64,000 nucleotides of DNA from an uncultured Planctomycetia bacterium (GCA_964455085.1 CAYVYJ010000005.1:21239-85238); one strand, 5' to 3'. Positions 1 to 10,085 are shown, numbered from the stretch's first letter. Program-made: numbers and translations. The notes: a model not told the origin generated them from the sequence alone.

Positions 1-248
1 AAGATAATTTTTTCGATACTCGGCTGGCTAAAACTACCTATCTTTTCTTTATCCTTAGCTTCCGGCGGATAATTACAAAAGCTACTTACTCCGATAATCT
101 GATTATCTAACCCTAAACTGAATAAAATTTCGGTTACTGATGGAGCAATTGAAATAATCCTCAACTTCTTTGCCGAATGAGAAGGTATGGGCTGGCTAAA
201 ACAGATAAATATAACTACTAAACTGCTGAATAAAATACTTCTTCTCAT
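1..248 (-). CDS. btuF: Cobalamin ABC transporter substrate-binding protein (BtuF-like), 5' part only; runs off the window
   Basis: Manual translation from ATG at 248: MRRSILFSSLVVIFICFSQPIPSHSAKKLRIISIAPSVTEILFSLGLDNQIIGVSSFCNYPPEAKDKEKIGSFSQPSIEKII. Signal peptide plus the RIISxAPSxTEILFxLG / CNYP pattern of BtuF; lies downstream of a cobalamin riboswitch. Confidence 0.85.
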   Translation of the reverse strand, partial: MRRSILFSSLVVIFICFSQPIPSHSAKKLRIISIAPSVTEILFSLGLDNQIIGVSSFCNYPPEAKDKEKIGSFSQPSIEKII

Positions 249-255
249 CTCTAAA

Positions 256-282
256 ATAAAAAAACCCGACTGTTAAGTCGGG
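256..282 (-). terminator. Intrinsic terminator/attenuator, probable expression platform of the cobalamin riboswitch
   Basis: Minus strand CCCGAC-TTAACA-GTCGGG followed by a T-run, between riboswitch and btuF start. Confidence 0.75.
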
Positions 283-360
283 GTGCACCCTGATTTCTTG
301 GCCCGGAAAATAAAAATTTTAGGTTATTATTCCGCGTAAAACCTAAAGTTAATTCTTTCC

Positions 361-570
361 GGCAGGTCTTCTGACTTCCTTGCCTCATCCTAGCCACCTT
401 CCCATCAGCCTTAGACTGATAGTGGTTCAAAGCGCTAAGAGAATTTTCTTGACTTATGCCAAGAGCAAGATTACAGCACCGGGAGTGTCTCCGATTCTCA
501 CGGAGTTCCCTATTATGCCTTGCCCGGTTAGAAAAATTTTTCTAACCGGATTTCACGGCACCGAAAAAAA
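361..570 (-). ncRNA. Cobalamin (AdoCbl) riboswitch
   Basis: Minus strand motifs in order: CGGTGCC, AATAGGGAA-CTCCG-TGAGAAT-CGGAG, CCCGGTGCTGTAA, ACCACT, TGGGAAGG, AAGTCAGAAGACCTGCC (B12 box); upstream of btuF. Confidence 0.9.
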
Positions 571-598
571 TAATCCTTAACTTCCAAAGAACAGATTT

Positions 599-626
599 AT
601 TCTATCTTTCTTGATTGTCTTGTCAA
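599..626 (-). promoter_or_regulatory. Putative sigma70 promoter for riboswitch-btuF
   Basis: TTGACA (626-621), 16 bp spacer, TAGAAT (604-599). Confidence 0.5.
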
Positions 627-639
627 TATTTTTTTATCC

Positions 640-657
640 TGCGCCCGGGCCGAATCG
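640..657 (-). repeat. Duplicate of the tRNA-Arg 3' end (att-like direct repeat)
   Basis: TGCGCCCGGGCCGAATCG (640-657) vs TGCGCCCGGGCCGACTCG (784-801), 17/18 identical. Confidence 0.75.
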
Positions 658-719
658 CATCCAATCTGCCGAAGGCAGCCCGGTTGAGGCTAAGCCTCAA
701 CCGGCAATATTGGATCCGA
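655..719. repeat. Branched hairpin element (REP-like family A)
   Basis: Outer stem ATCCAAT/ATTGGAT enclosing CTGCC-GAA-GGCAG and CCGGTTGAGGC-TAA-GCCTCAACCGG; homologous to 42974-43037 and 55195-55263. Confidence 0.8.
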
Positions 720-783
720 GAATAGTCTCTATATTAAACAACGGCTTGTCAGCACAATGAGGCTAACAGATTAGCTAAAACTA

Positions 784-856
784 TGCGCCCGGGCCGACTC
801 GAACGGCCACATCAGCCTTAGGAGGGCCGCGCTCTATCCTGTTGAGCTACGGGCGC
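784..856 (-). tRNA. tRNA-Arg (anticodon CCT); CCA not encoded
   Basis: Cloverleaf GCGCCCG-TA-GCTC-AACAGGATA-GAGC-G-CGGCC-CT-CCT-AA-GGCTG-ATGT-GGCCG-TTCGAGT-CGGCC-CGGGCGC-A. Confidence 0.95.
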
Positions 857-871
857 GAATAAGCTATAGAG

Positions 872-1384
872 TCAATATTTAATTAACGAAAATACCGGAT
901 ATTTCTTTAACTTATCTCGCCCTTTGAGAAAGGTCAACTCAATAAGGAAGATAATCGCTGTGACTTCCCCTTCCAGCTCTTCAACCAACTTTGCCGAAGC
1001 TAGAGCAGTTCCTCCGGTAGCCAGCAAATCATCTAAAACCAGAATCTTTGAACCGGGGGGGAAAGCATCACGATGAATTTCTAAGGAATCCTCACCATAC
1101 TCTAAAGAATAGGTATGACGGTAAGTCTCTGCCGGTAGCTTACCGGGCTTTCTTACCGGAACAAATCCGCAATTTAGGCGGTAAGCTAAGGCTGCACCAA
1201 AGATAAATCCCCGAGATTCCGCAGCCACAATATAATCAACAGACTTATCCTTTAACAATTCAGCCAGCTGATCAACTGCTTCTTTAAAAGCAACTTTACT
1301 TTTAAGCAAAGTAGTTATGTCTTTAAACAAGATACCTTTTTTGGGAAAATCCGGGATATCGCGGATATACTTTTCTAAACTCAT
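872..1384 (-). CDS. apt: Adenine phosphoribosyltransferase
   Basis: IPDFPKKGILFKDIT, ESRGF, RKPGKLP, LEYG, PRPP motif VLDDLLATGGT. Confidence 0.95.
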   Translation of the reverse strand: MSLEKYIRDIPDFPKKGILFKDITTLLKSKVAFKEAVDQLAELLKDKSVDYIVAAESRGFIFGAALAYRLNCGFVPVRKPGKLPAETYRHTYSLEYGEDSLEIHRDAFPPGSKILVLDDLLATGGTALASAKLVEELEGEVTAIIFLIELTFLKGRDKLKKYPVFSLIKY

Positions 1385-1398
1385 ATAATCTCCTATTA

Positions 1399-2220
1399 TT
1401 ATGCCTCTATCTTACGTTTCTGTTGGCTAACCACGTAGTTGCGCAACTTCTTTAAAGCTTCCTTTTCAATTTGCCTAACTCTTTCCCGAGATACTCTGAG
1501 TATTTTTGCCACCTCAGCCAAGGTGCTCGGTCGACCGTCATTTATTCCGAAACGCAGATCTAAAACTTTCCTTTGACGTTCAGTAGCAACTCTAAGCAAT
1601 TCATCTATCCTCTCCCGATTAACAACTTTATCAATATCAGAAGTACTTGTGGTGAAGTCACTACTTTTAAGAAAATCACCTAGTTGCGAGTCTCCACCGC
1701 TGCCTACCGGCGCATCTAAAGATGCTTTCTTCTGAGTCCAGAGTTCAATTTCAGCTATCCTAGCAATTGATACTTTCAGGCGTTTAGCAACTTCGGCCCG
1801 ATTAGGTTCTCGGTTTAACCTCTGACGCAGAGCCTCTTTAGCCCGTTTATGCTTGGCAATAAGTTCACTCATATAGACCGGGACGCGAATAGTCCTGCCT
1901 TGGTCAATGAGCGCCCGGGTTACCCCCTGACGTATCCACCAAGCAGCATAGGTAGAAAAACGGTAACCTCGGCGAATATCAAATTTATCAATCGCCCGCA
2001 TCAGACCGATGTTACCTTCAGCAATTAAATCCATTAAGGGAAGATTGTAGTGAGAGTAATGCTTAGCAATATTTACCACTAACTTTAAGTTACAATTGAT
2101 TATCGTACGACGGGCGACGCGGCTTCCCCGCTTTGCTTTTTGAATAAGTTCGATCTCTTCCTTCTTCTTTAAGATTGGTATTTTTTTTATCCTTTCAAGA
2201 TAAGCTTTAATTGCTTCCAT
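1399..2220 (-). CDS. RNA polymerase sigma-70 factor, RpoD/RpoS-like, lacking region 1.1
   Basis: NLKLVVNIAK, DLIAEGNIGLMRAIDKFD, GYRFSTYAAWWIRQ, region 4 SRERVRQIE; only 273 aa. Confidence 0.9.
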   Translation of the reverse strand: MEAIKAYLERIKKIPILKKKEEIELIQKAKRGSRVARRTIINCNLKLVVNIAKHYSHYNLPLMDLIAEGNIGLMRAIDKFDIRRGYRFSTYAAWWIRQGVTRALIDQGRTIRVPVYMSELIAKHKRAKEALRQRLNREPNRAEVAKRLKVSIARIAEIELWTQKKASLDAPVGSGGDSQLGDFLKSSDFTTSTSDIDKVVNRERIDELLRVATERQRKVLDLRFGINDGRPSTLAEVAKILRVSRERVRQIEKEALKKLRNYVVSQQKRKIEA

Positions 2221-2238
2221 TTTACACCTGGATATCTC

Positions 2239-4926
2239 TTACCTTTTGCTCCTCTCTTTTATCACTATCTGGGCTGCTGCTAAACGGGCAATCGGTACTC
2301 TGAACGGAGAACAACTTACATAATTAAGGCCGGCCTTATGGCAAAACTTAACCGACTCAGGATCTCCCCCATGCTCTCCGCAGATACCGCACTTAAGTTT
2401 TTTATTGGTTCTTCGGCCTAAGTTTACCGCTGTTTTCAGGAGTTGACCGACACCTTCCTGATCAATTGTCTGAAAAGGATCATCGGGTAAGATTTTCTTT
2501 TCTATGTATTCCGGCAGAAAAACTCCGGCATCATCACGGCTATAACCAAAAGTCATCTGAGTAAGGTCATTGGTCCCGAAAGAAAAAAACTCAGCTTTAG
2601 TAGCGACTTTATCAGCAGTTAATGCTGCCCGGGGAATTTCAATCATTGTCCCTACCATGTATTTTACTTTGGACCGTGACTTATCAATAATGCTCCTGGC
2701 TGTCTTGCGAACTATTTCTTCAAGATATCCAAATTCACTGGTTGTTCCAATAAGCGGAATCATGATTTCCGGAAGGACTTTAACCCCTTTCTTAGCCATA
2801 TTGCAAGCTGCTTCAATAATCGCCGTTGTTTGCATCACGCAAAGCTCAGGATAAGTAATTGACAACCGGCAACCGCGATGTCCAAGCATCGGGTTTAACT
2901 CATGCAATTTTTTAACCAGATTCTTTACTTTTGCCGGTGAAATATTCAAACGTTTGGCCATCTCTTTCTGCCCGGCTTGATCATTAGGCAGAAATTCATG
3001 CAGCGGCGGGTCAAGAAGCCGTATTGTTACCGGGAAACCATTCATTTCTTTGAAGATGCCCTCAAAATCTTTTCGCTGATAAGGCAACAGTTTCTTAAGA
3101 GCTGCTTCTCTTGTCTTAAGGTCCTGGGCTAAAATAAACTCCCGAACCGCCCAGATTCTTTCTCCTTCAAAAAACATATGTTCGGTACGGGTAAGTCCGA
3201 TACCTTCGGCACCTAGCTTCCGGGCAGTCATTGAATCTTTAGGCGTATCAGCATTAGTCCGGACCTTAAGTTTCCGGTATTGATCGGCCCATTTCATTAT
3301 CTGGACAAACATCTTATAAATTGAGTCTTTCTTAGCAACAGGATTATTTTCGACAATTCCGGCAATTACCGGACTGGTTGTGGACTTTACATGACCTAGC
3401 ATAACCTCGCCGGTTGAACCGCTCAAGGAAATATAATCACCTTCTTTAATTATGATATCTCCAACTGTTATTTGTTTCATGGAGTAGTTGATATTTAAAG
3501 CGCTGCATCCAGCAACACAGCATTTACCCCAACCCCTGGCAACTACCGCCGCATGGGAAGTCATCCCGCCGGTTGAAGTTAATATTCCTTCGGCAGCATG
3601 CATACCAGCTACATCTTCGGGAGAAGTCTCATGACGAACCAGTATAACCTTTTTTCCTTTTCTCTTCCAGGCCTCAGCATCATCAGCTGTAAATACAACG
3701 TGTCCGGAAGCAGCACCGGGGCCGGCCGGAAGACCTTTAGCTATTTTTTTAGTCTTGTTCTTAGCTACCGGGTCAAAAATAGGAAAAAGAAGCTGGTTAA
3801 GTTGTTCACCCTCGATTCGCATCAGAGCTTCTTCAGGCCTAATCATTTTTTCTTCTACCATATCATAAGCAATTTTAACCGCTGCCAGCCCGGTACGCTT
3901 GCCAGTACGTGTCTGCAGCATAAAAAGCCGACCTTCCTGGATGGTAAATTCTACATCCTGCATATCTTGATAGTGTTGCTCAAGCTTTTCCCTGATATTA
4001 TCAAGTTGTTTATAAATTTTCGGCATTTTTTTCTTAAGATGATCTATCGGCTCAGGAGTTCTTATACCGGCTACCACATCTTCACCCTGGGCATTAATAA
4101 GAAACTCACCAAAAAATTTATTTTCGCCGGTTGAGGGATTACGGGTGAATGCTACACCGGTACCCGAGGTATTACCCATATTTCCGAAAACCATAGCCTG
4201 GACATTAACAGCTGTGCCCAGAAGCCCGGTAATCTTATTTATTCTCCGGTAAATTACAGCTCTTTCCACATTCCATGAGCCAAATACAGCATTGATTGCC
4301 GCCATTAATTGCTCTTTGGCATCAACCGGAAAAGGCTTCTTTACATGCTTCTTGTAGACAAACTTATACTGCTGGACTAATTCCTTAAGCTGAGCAGCTG
4401 TAAGTTCATTATCTTGTGCTGCTTTATACTTTTTCTTAATCAGGGTTAATTTCTCTTCAAAATGCTCATGGTCAACACCCATAACAACATTTCCAAACAT
4501 ATCTACGAAACGCCGATAGGCATCCCAAGCAAGACGCTGGTTTCCGGTTTTTTGGGCCAGACCAGCTACCGTCTTATCATTTAGCCCCAGGTTAAGAACC
4601 GTATCCATCATCCCGGGCATTGAAACAGCAGCACCGCTGCGCACTGAAACCAGCAAAGGATTCTTGGCATCGCCTAATTTTGCCTGCATGCTGTTCTCAA
4701 GCATAGCAATATTAGCGTCGATTTGCTTGGCCAGTTCGACCGGATATTTCTTCCCGTGCTTATAGTAGTAATCGCAAACTTGGGTTGATATCGTGAACCC
4801 CGGAGGTACCGGTATCCCGATGCTACACATCTCAGCCAAATTCGCACCCTTGCCTCCGAGAAGATTTTTCATTTTAGCATTCCCTTCAGACTTACCTTTG
4901 CTGAAAAAATACACGTACTTCGACAT
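2239..4926 (-). CDS. ppdK: Pyruvate, phosphate dikinase
   Basis: [38 protein letters not shown] phospho-His motif, [16 protein letters not shown]; start moved to ATG at 4926 (GGAGG RBS). Confidence 0.97.
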   Translation of the reverse strand: MSKYVYFFSKGKSEGNAKMKNLLGGKGANLAEMCSIGIPVPPGFTISTQVCDYYYKHGKKYPVELAKQIDANIAMLENSMQAKLGDAKNPLLVSVRSGAAVSMPGMMDTVLNLGLNDKTVAGLAQKTGNQRLAWDAYRRFVDMFGNVVMGVDHEHFEEKLTLIKKKYKAAQDNELTAAQLKELVQQYKFVYKKHVKKPFPVDAKEQLMAAINAVFGSWNVERAVIYRRINKITGLLGTAVNVQAMVFGNMGNTSGTGVAFTRNPSTGENKFFGEFLINAQGEDVVAGIRTPEPIDHLKKKMPKIYKQLDNIREKLEQHYQDMQDVEFTIQEGRLFMLQTRTGKRTGLAAVKIAYDMVEEKMIRPEEALMRIEGEQLNQLLFPIFDPVAKNKTKKIAKGLPAGPGAASGHVVFTADDAEAWKRKGKKVILVRHETSPEDVAGMHAAEGILTSTGGMTSHAAVVARGWGKCCVAGCSALNINYSMKQITVGDIIIKEGDYISLSGSTGEVMLGHVKSTTSPVIAGIVENNPVAKKDSIYKMFVQIMKWADQYRKLKVRTNADTPKDSMTARKLGAEGIGLTRTEHMFFEGERIWAVREFILAQDLKTREAALKKLLPYQRKDFEGIFKEMNGFPVTIRLLDPPLHEFLPNDQAGQKEMAKRLNISPAKVKNLVKKLHELNPMLGHRGCRLSITYPELCVMQTTAIIEAACNMAKKGVKVLPEIMIPLIGTTSEFGYLEEIVRKTARSIIDKSRSKVKYMVGTMIEIPRAALTADKVATKAEFFSFGTNDLTQMTFGYSRDDAGVFLPEYIEKKILPDDPFQTIDQEGVGQLLKTAVNLGRRTNKKLKCGICGEHGGDPESVKFCHKAGLNYVSCSPFRVPIARLAAAQIVIKERSKR

Positions 4927-4948
4927 TTTCCTTTTTCCTCCTTCCAAA

Positions 4949-6286
4949 TTAATCAAATTTTATCTTAGTTTTAAGAAATTCTTTAATCCTGCCGATTTCT
5001 ATTCGCTCCTGATTCATGCTATCCCTCTCCCGGATAGTAGCCTTCCCGTCAGTTAAACTTTCTACATCGACAGTGATACAGAAAGGGGTTCCAATCTCAT
5101 CTTGGCGGCGATAGAGCTTACCGATTGCTGCTGTATCATCGTAGGAGGCAGGTAATTCATTCTTTATATCACAAAAAACTTTTTTTGCAAGTTCAACTAC
5201 CTCAGGTTTATTCTTAAGCAAAGGGAAAACCGCTGCTGAATAAGGGGCTAAATCTGGCTTCAGCTTTAAGACGTTCCGTACCCTGCCCCTTACCTCTTCA
5301 CTGCAAAAAGCATCAGAGATGCAGGCGAAGAAAGTCCGGTCTACTCCAGCCGAAGGCTCAATCACATAAGGAATAAACTTTTTACCGCCTGTTCCGTCAA
5401 AATAAGCTAAATCTTTTTTACTTACTCTGGCGTGCTCACTTAAATCGAAATCTCCCCGGTTAGCTACTCCCTCCAACTCGCTCCAGCCAAAAGAGAAGTT
5501 AAACTCGATATCAGTACAAGCCTTAGCATAGTGGGCTAGCTCATCTTTGGTGTGCTCTCTTAATCGCAAATTCTCCTTATTTAAACCAATCTTCTCAATG
5601 TAGAAATTAAATCTTTCCTTAACCCAATATTTATAAAACTCATCCGCCTCTTTGGGCTGAACAAAGTATTCGATCTCCATCTGATCAAATTCTTTCATCC
5701 GAAATATAAAACTGCCGGTAGTAACCTCATTCCTGAAAGCTTTACCGATTTGAGCTATACCTAAGGGAAGTTTTTTAGCTGTGGTATTGAGAACATTACT
5801 GAAGTTTACGAATATTCCTTGGGCGGTTTCAGGACGTAAATAAGCATAACTAGGTTCATCCTCGGTAGCACTCATGTTAGTCTTAAGCATCAGGTTGAAT
5901 TTCCGGGGTTTAATTTTATTAATATCAATTGTTTGTTTGCACTCGGCGCACTTATAATGACTTTTAGCTGTCTTTGTCAGCTTATCAACCCGGAACCGCC
6001 TCTTACAGTTAGGGCAATCAATTAAAGAATCAGTAAATCCGGTAAGATGCCCGGAAGCTTTAAAGACCGGCTCAGGCATGATTATGCTGCTATCTAAACC
6101 AACAATATCAGGCCTTTTTTCCACGTACTCCTTCCACCAGATGTCTTTAATCCGTTTTTTAAGCCTGGCTCCCAGGGGGCCGTAATCCCAGATGCTAGAA
6201 AGTCCTCCGTAAATCTCCGAACCGCCGAAGATAAATCCCCTTCTTTTACATAAGGATACTATTTTTGCTAATTTATCCTGACTCAT
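4949..6286 (-). CDS. glyS: Glycine--tRNA ligase, homodimeric (alpha2) type
   Basis: [65 protein letters not shown]. Confidence 0.95.
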   Translation of the reverse strand: MSQDKLAKIVSLCKRRGFIFGGSEIYGGLSSIWDYGPLGARLKKRIKDIWWKEYVEKRPDIVGLDSSIIMPEPVFKASGHLTGFTDSLIDCPNCKRRFRVDKLTKTAKSHYKCAECKQTIDINKIKPRKFNLMLKTNMSATEDEPSYAYLRPETAQGIFVNFSNVLNTTAKKLPLGIAQIGKAFRNEVTTGSFIFRMKEFDQMEIEYFVQPKEADEFYKYWVKERFNFYIEKIGLNKENLRLREHTKDELAHYAKACTDIEFNFSFGWSELEGVANRGDFDLSEHARVSKKDLAYFDGTGGKKFIPYVIEPSAGVDRTFFACISDAFCSEEVRGRVRNVLKLKPDLAPYSAAVFPLLKNKPEVVELAKKVFCDIKNELPASYDDTAAIGKLYRRQDEIGTPFCITVDVESLTDGKATIRERDSMNQERIEIGRIKEFLKTKIKFD

Positions 6287-6353
6287 TTTAGGCTATTATT
6301 ATACCCCAAAAAATTATTTTTTTAAGAGAAATTTTCCTGAAATACCCAGCGGG

Positions 6354-7178
6354 TTATTCTGGCAGTTTAGGAAAGTCTCTTACCTTTGGCTTTGAATCCA
6401 CGGCTTGACTACTCGTCAACTCCTCTATCTTAGCCTTTGCTACCTTATATCTATCCGGGGGCTTAGGGTGACTACGGAGAAATACCGGCATAACACTCAT
6501 CCCGTGCTGCCTTTCAATTTCCCTAAACCGTTCAAAAACTAAAAGCGCAGCTTTAGGATCAAATCCGGCCTGATAAGCATAGGTAACTCCTAAAGAATCA
6601 GCCAGATATTCATCCTTACGGGAAAAACCCAGACTAACATATTTGTCCACTTCAGCAATTAAATTACCAATGGCTTGTTGATTGGGCTGGCCAGCTAAGA
6701 CTGCTAAAATTAACCTTAAGCCAAAAACAGCTTGGAACCGTTTAAAGCCGTGCCGGGCGCAAATGTGACCAACCTCATGGGCCATGACAAAAGATAATTC
6801 CGGCTCAGAAAAGGTATCAATTAACCCTTTATTCACAAAAATATGCCCGCCTAAAAGAGCATAGGCATTTATCTCCTCACTATCAATGATATAAAAGTTA
6901 TAAGCGAGATAATTACGGTGGCTGGCAGCAGTTACTTTTTCACCAATCTCCCTTAGGTAAGCTAACTCTTCAGGGTCATTAACCATCTTGGTTCGAGCGA
7001 TTAGCTGCTTAGCTAAGATATTGCCAAGACTAATTTCATGCTTCTCGCTAAAAAGGTGCCGCTCTCTTTTGCCGGTAGCCGGATTATATATACTTATGCA
7101 ACCGATAAGAAAAATTGCGATCAAAGATAAAATCAAAATACTTTTGGAATGTCTCGATCCCACCTGCCTCTTCGTCAC
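6354..7178 (-). CDS. M48-family zinc metalloprotease lipoprotein
   Basis: Lipobox LIGC, INAYALLGG, HEVGH (HExxH), FSRKDEYLAD, SHP. Confidence 0.85.
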   Translation of the reverse strand: MTKRQVGSRHSKSILILSLIAIFLIGCISIYNPATGKRERHLFSEKHEISLGNILAKQLIARTKMVNDPEELAYLREIGEKVTAASHRNYLAYNFYIIDSEEINAYALLGGHIFVNKGLIDTFSEPELSFVMAHEVGHICARHGFKRFQAVFGLRLILAVLAGQPNQQAIGNLIAEVDKYVSLGFSRKDEYLADSLGVTYAYQAGFDPKAALLVFERFREIERQHGMSVMPVFLRSHPKPPDRYKVAKAKIEELTSSQAVDSKPKVRDFPKLPE

Positions 7179-7945
7179 TATCCTCCTTCTACTACCTCTA
7201 TTTCATGAGGGCTATTAACAATAACCTCTGGTCCATTATACTCACGAATCCTGCCAATTACACTTATTCTCTTCTGATTATAAAAACTTACTGGATCAAT
7301 ACCTTTTTGTCTAAAAGCCTGGAGGGCATTATTAAAAATTACTACTGTGAAGTCGTTCTTGTAATCCTGGCCAAAATTTAAATATAGACATTTTGCTGAC
7401 TTATAGGTAGCTACAACTCTACCCTCAACTCTCCTTATCTGACCAATATATTGATTAGCCTGGGTATGATCAATAGTTAGAAGACTACTCCAAAGACCTC
7501 TCCTGAATCTTCGGGCCTCTTTCTGAGATGCAATAAATAAATCAACATACTTTAGGTTAGGAGGATGAGTGTAGAGAACCCCATAGCCCTCTTCGATTAG
7601 CCTTGCGTTCACAAAGATATCGTCAAGAAAGCAATACCCCAGGAGCCGGTTGTAGCGATCAGTCTTTTCAATATCAAACTCGATCCGGATGTTTTTCCCT
7701 TCGACCAGCTTACGGTTAAATTCTTTAGCTTCTAAACTAAAAGGTGTAGGCGAGTAAATGAAACTGCCATCAGCTGCCTTAACCCTCACCTCAGGAGTAT
7801 CCAGGCCAATGTAACGCAGCAGCCTTCCGTTAGAAAGCTTAAGAGTATCTCCATCAATGGCTTCTAAGACTTTTATTTGGGAATAATCAGACTGGTTACA
7901 GGAGAGAATAAAAAGAAGGCATAAAAAAACTGCTCTTTTTATCAC
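7178..7945 (-). CDS. Thermonuclease (SNase) family lipoprotein with C-terminal OB-fold-like domain
   Basis: Lipobox ILSC, IDGDT, RYIGLDTPE, DRYNRLLGY, RGLW. Confidence 0.85.
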   Translation of the reverse strand: MIKRAVFLCLLFILSCNQSDYSQIKVLEAIDGDTLKLSNGRLLRYIGLDTPEVRVKAADGSFIYSPTPFSLEAKEFNRKLVEGKNIRIEFDIEKTDRYNRLLGYCFLDDIFVNARLIEEGYGVLYTHPPNLKYVDLFIASQKEARRFRRGLWSSLLTIDHTQANQYIGQIRRVEGRVVATYKSAKCLYLNFGQDYKNDFTVVIFNNALQAFRQKGIDPVSFYNQKRISVIGRIREYNGPEVIVNSPHEIEVVEGG

Positions 7946-8313
7946 TGCAAGTCTGCGACTAATTTTACAAAGACTTTCTGGGCAAATTGGGCTTTGGGCA
8001 TCAAATACTGACGAGCCGTCACTTTTAGCCGCTGGGAGTCAGCACCAATGCTATTTATCTTTACAGTTAGGCTATGCTCCGAGAGCTTAGCTTTTATCAG
8101 CCCCTTAGATTCATCAGAAGACAGTATCTCTGCCTCCATTGTTGTAAGTACATCCAAGCAGAGATCCCACAACACCCGATACTCTACCTTTACATTTCCG
8201 CTAGCCGAGGCATTGCCTAAACTATAACCGGTTACTATGCCGGCACCAATAAAAACTGGAATGCATCCGGTTATTAGAAATAAACCTATAATTAAGCTGA
8301 TAATCTTTCTCAT
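7942..8313 (-). CDS. Small lipoprotein (DUF3568-like)
   Basis: Lipobox ITGC followed by a Gly-rich hydrophobic segment; overlaps the next gene. Confidence 0.6.
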   Translation of the reverse strand: MRKIISLIIGLFLITGCIPVFIGAGIVTGYSLGNASASGNVKVEYRVLWDLCLDVLTTMEAEILSSDESKGLIKAKLSEHSLTVKINSIGADSQRLKVTARQYLMPKAQFAQKVFVKLVADLQ

Positions 8314-8382
8314 GCTATTAACCCCTTTATATTAACTATAGCAAATTTTTCTCATTTTGCAAGCATTGTTGATAGAAAATAA

Positions 8383-9006
8383 TTAACTAAAGTGAGGGAG
8401 TGAAATACCCAGACTATCTAAGTCTCTGAGCAATTGATTAAAACCAGTAAATTGCAGACATTGTAAGTCAAAGTCCTTGGCTTTCATAATCAAATCCTGG
8501 CGATCATCAATATAAATTATATTTTGAAAGTCAGTAGCCGCGATATCGCTTAAGGCCTGATAAATAGCTTTTTCCGGTTTAACTGATTTGATTTTATAAG
8601 AGAGAATCAACTCTTTAAAGTGGCTAAAGACTTGCGGATAGGTTTGGTAAAGATAGTCAAAATGAAGCTGATTTATATTCGAGATAACATACAAAGGATA
8701 AGTGTGCTTAAGGGCGCTTACTAAGGTAATTACCTCATCCTTGGGTGAAAATATTTTACACCAGACATCAGCAAAGTACTCATAGCTTAAACAAGCGCCA
8801 AAAGTGTCATTAAAGTAAGTATAAAAGGTTTGGGAGCTGACTAATCCCTTCTCAAAGCTTAAACCGAAATCATTTTCAAAAAGCTCTTTAACTACCCGCT
8901 CAACCGGTACCTTGATTTTATCTTTAATCTTGGCTAAAGCAATATTGTAGTCAAAGTCAAAAAGAACCCGGCCTAAGTCAAAAGCAAGTACTTGTCTTTT
9001 CTCCAT
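8383..9006 (-). CDS. HAD-superfamily hydrolase (YihX-like phosphatase)
   Basis: FDLGRVLFDFD, ISN, KPEKAIY, YIDDR. Confidence 0.85.
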   Translation of the reverse strand: MEKRQVLAFDLGRVLFDFDYNIALAKIKDKIKVPVERVVKELFENDFGLSFEKGLVSSQTFYTYFNDTFGACLSYEYFADVWCKIFSPKDEVITLVSALKHTYPLYVISNINQLHFDYLYQTYPQVFSHFKELILSYKIKSVKPEKAIYQALSDIAATDFQNIIYIDDRQDLIMKAKDFDLQCLQFTGFNQLLRDLDSLGISLPHFS

Positions 9007-9018
9007 AAACTAATTGCC

Positions 9019-9079
9019 TTTACCCCGTTAGAAGTATCAAGCTCGAAGGAAGAAAGAACAAAACTTCTAACGGGGTAAA
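9019..9079. repeat. 17-bp perfect inverted repeat element (family C)
   Basis: TTTACCCCGTTAGAAGT (9019-9035) ... ACTTCTAACGGGGTAAA (9063-9079); right arm contains the last codons and stop of the epimerase. Confidence 0.8.
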
Positions 9080-9996
9080 AAAGATTGCGCGCACCTTTTG
9101 AGACTCTCCCTGGCCCGGAAAGGCGCCTTAAACCCTAAAGATCTTAGTCGCTCTAAACTGTAAACCCGATCCTTGGAGAAAAAATTGATTTTTCTACCCA
9201 GGAAAGGAAGATTTAATAAAAGCGGTTTTAACCAAGCAGGAATATTAAGAGGGGGCTTTACCCCTAGGGTTTCGGCAATGGTGTCGAAGAGATCACCGAC
9301 TGTTAAAACTTCATCGTCGCCAAGGAAGAAAGAACCTTCTAAGGCTTGGTCTTTATCTGCTAAAAAAATCATGGCCTCAACAATATTGCCCAGATAACCT
9401 AAATGTAACTTACTCTGGCCTCGATTGAGTAAAGGAAAAAGACGGTACTTAGTCAGAAAAAACAAGAATGGCATCAGGTGCGGTTCAGCTTCCCCATAGA
9501 CCATCGGCGGACGGACAATTATTGTCTTAAGCCCTGCCTCCCGATATTTAAGCACAATTTTTTCTGCTTCAATCTTAGACTGACCATAGGCATTTGTGGC
9601 CTTAAAGGGTAAACTTTCTGTTAGAGGAACTTGACTATTACCGCTTACTACAGCTACTGAGCTGGTATAGATGAATCTCTCAACTCCTAAACTCAGGGCT
9701 AATTCGCAGATATTTTGACTACCTAAAATATTTACCTTATAGAGGAGTTCCGGATTCTTATTTTCTACACAGGCAGCCAGATGATATAAATATTTGAACT
9801 TATAGTTGCGAAATTTGCTTAATGAGGCTTTTTGGGTAATATCAGCATAAATAAGCTTAACCCCGAAAGGCTCAAGAAGTTTGGCCTTGTGAGGATTTCT
9901 TACCAAACAAAAAATATTCCCCTGCCCCTTCTTAGACAACTCCTCTACCAGATATCTGCCGATAAAACCTGTGGCCCCGGTTATTAATATATTCAT
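9067..9996 (-). CDS. NAD-dependent epimerase/dehydratase (extended SDR)
   Basis: ITGATGFIG, HLAA, TSS, YGQSK, RPPMVYG. Confidence 0.9.
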   Translation of the reverse strand: MNILITGATGFIGRYLVEELSKKGQGNIFCLVRNPHKAKLLEPFGVKLIYADITQKASLSKFRNYKFKYLYHLAACVENKNPELLYKVNILGSQNICELALSLGVERFIYTSSVAVVSGNSQVPLTESLPFKATNAYGQSKIEAEKIVLKYREAGLKTIIVRPPMVYGEAEPHLMPFLFFLTKYRLFPLLNRGQSKLHLGYLGNIVEAMIFLADKDQALEGSFFLGDDEVLTVGDLFDTIAETLGVKPPLNIPAWLKPLLLNLPFLGRKINFFSKDRVYSLERLRSLGFKAPFRARESLKRCAQSFLPR

Positions 9997-10013
9997 CCCT
10001 TAACTACATTTAT

Positions 10014-10079
10014 CTGTTTAGGATTCGCCTAAACAGAGGAAGCCGGAAAGGAGCTGCTGTTTAGGCGAATCCTAAACAG
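10014..10079. repeat. Inverted doublet of 23-bp hairpins (REPIN-like)
   Basis: CTGTTTAGGATTCGCCTAAACAG, 20 bp spacer, then its exact reverse complement; same layout at 43089-43153. Confidence 0.8.
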
Positions 10080-10085
10080 GTCTTT

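Noticed and set aside
380-580. 66-aa plus-strand ORF
   Set aside because: Antisense to the cobalamin riboswitch; no recognisable protein features.
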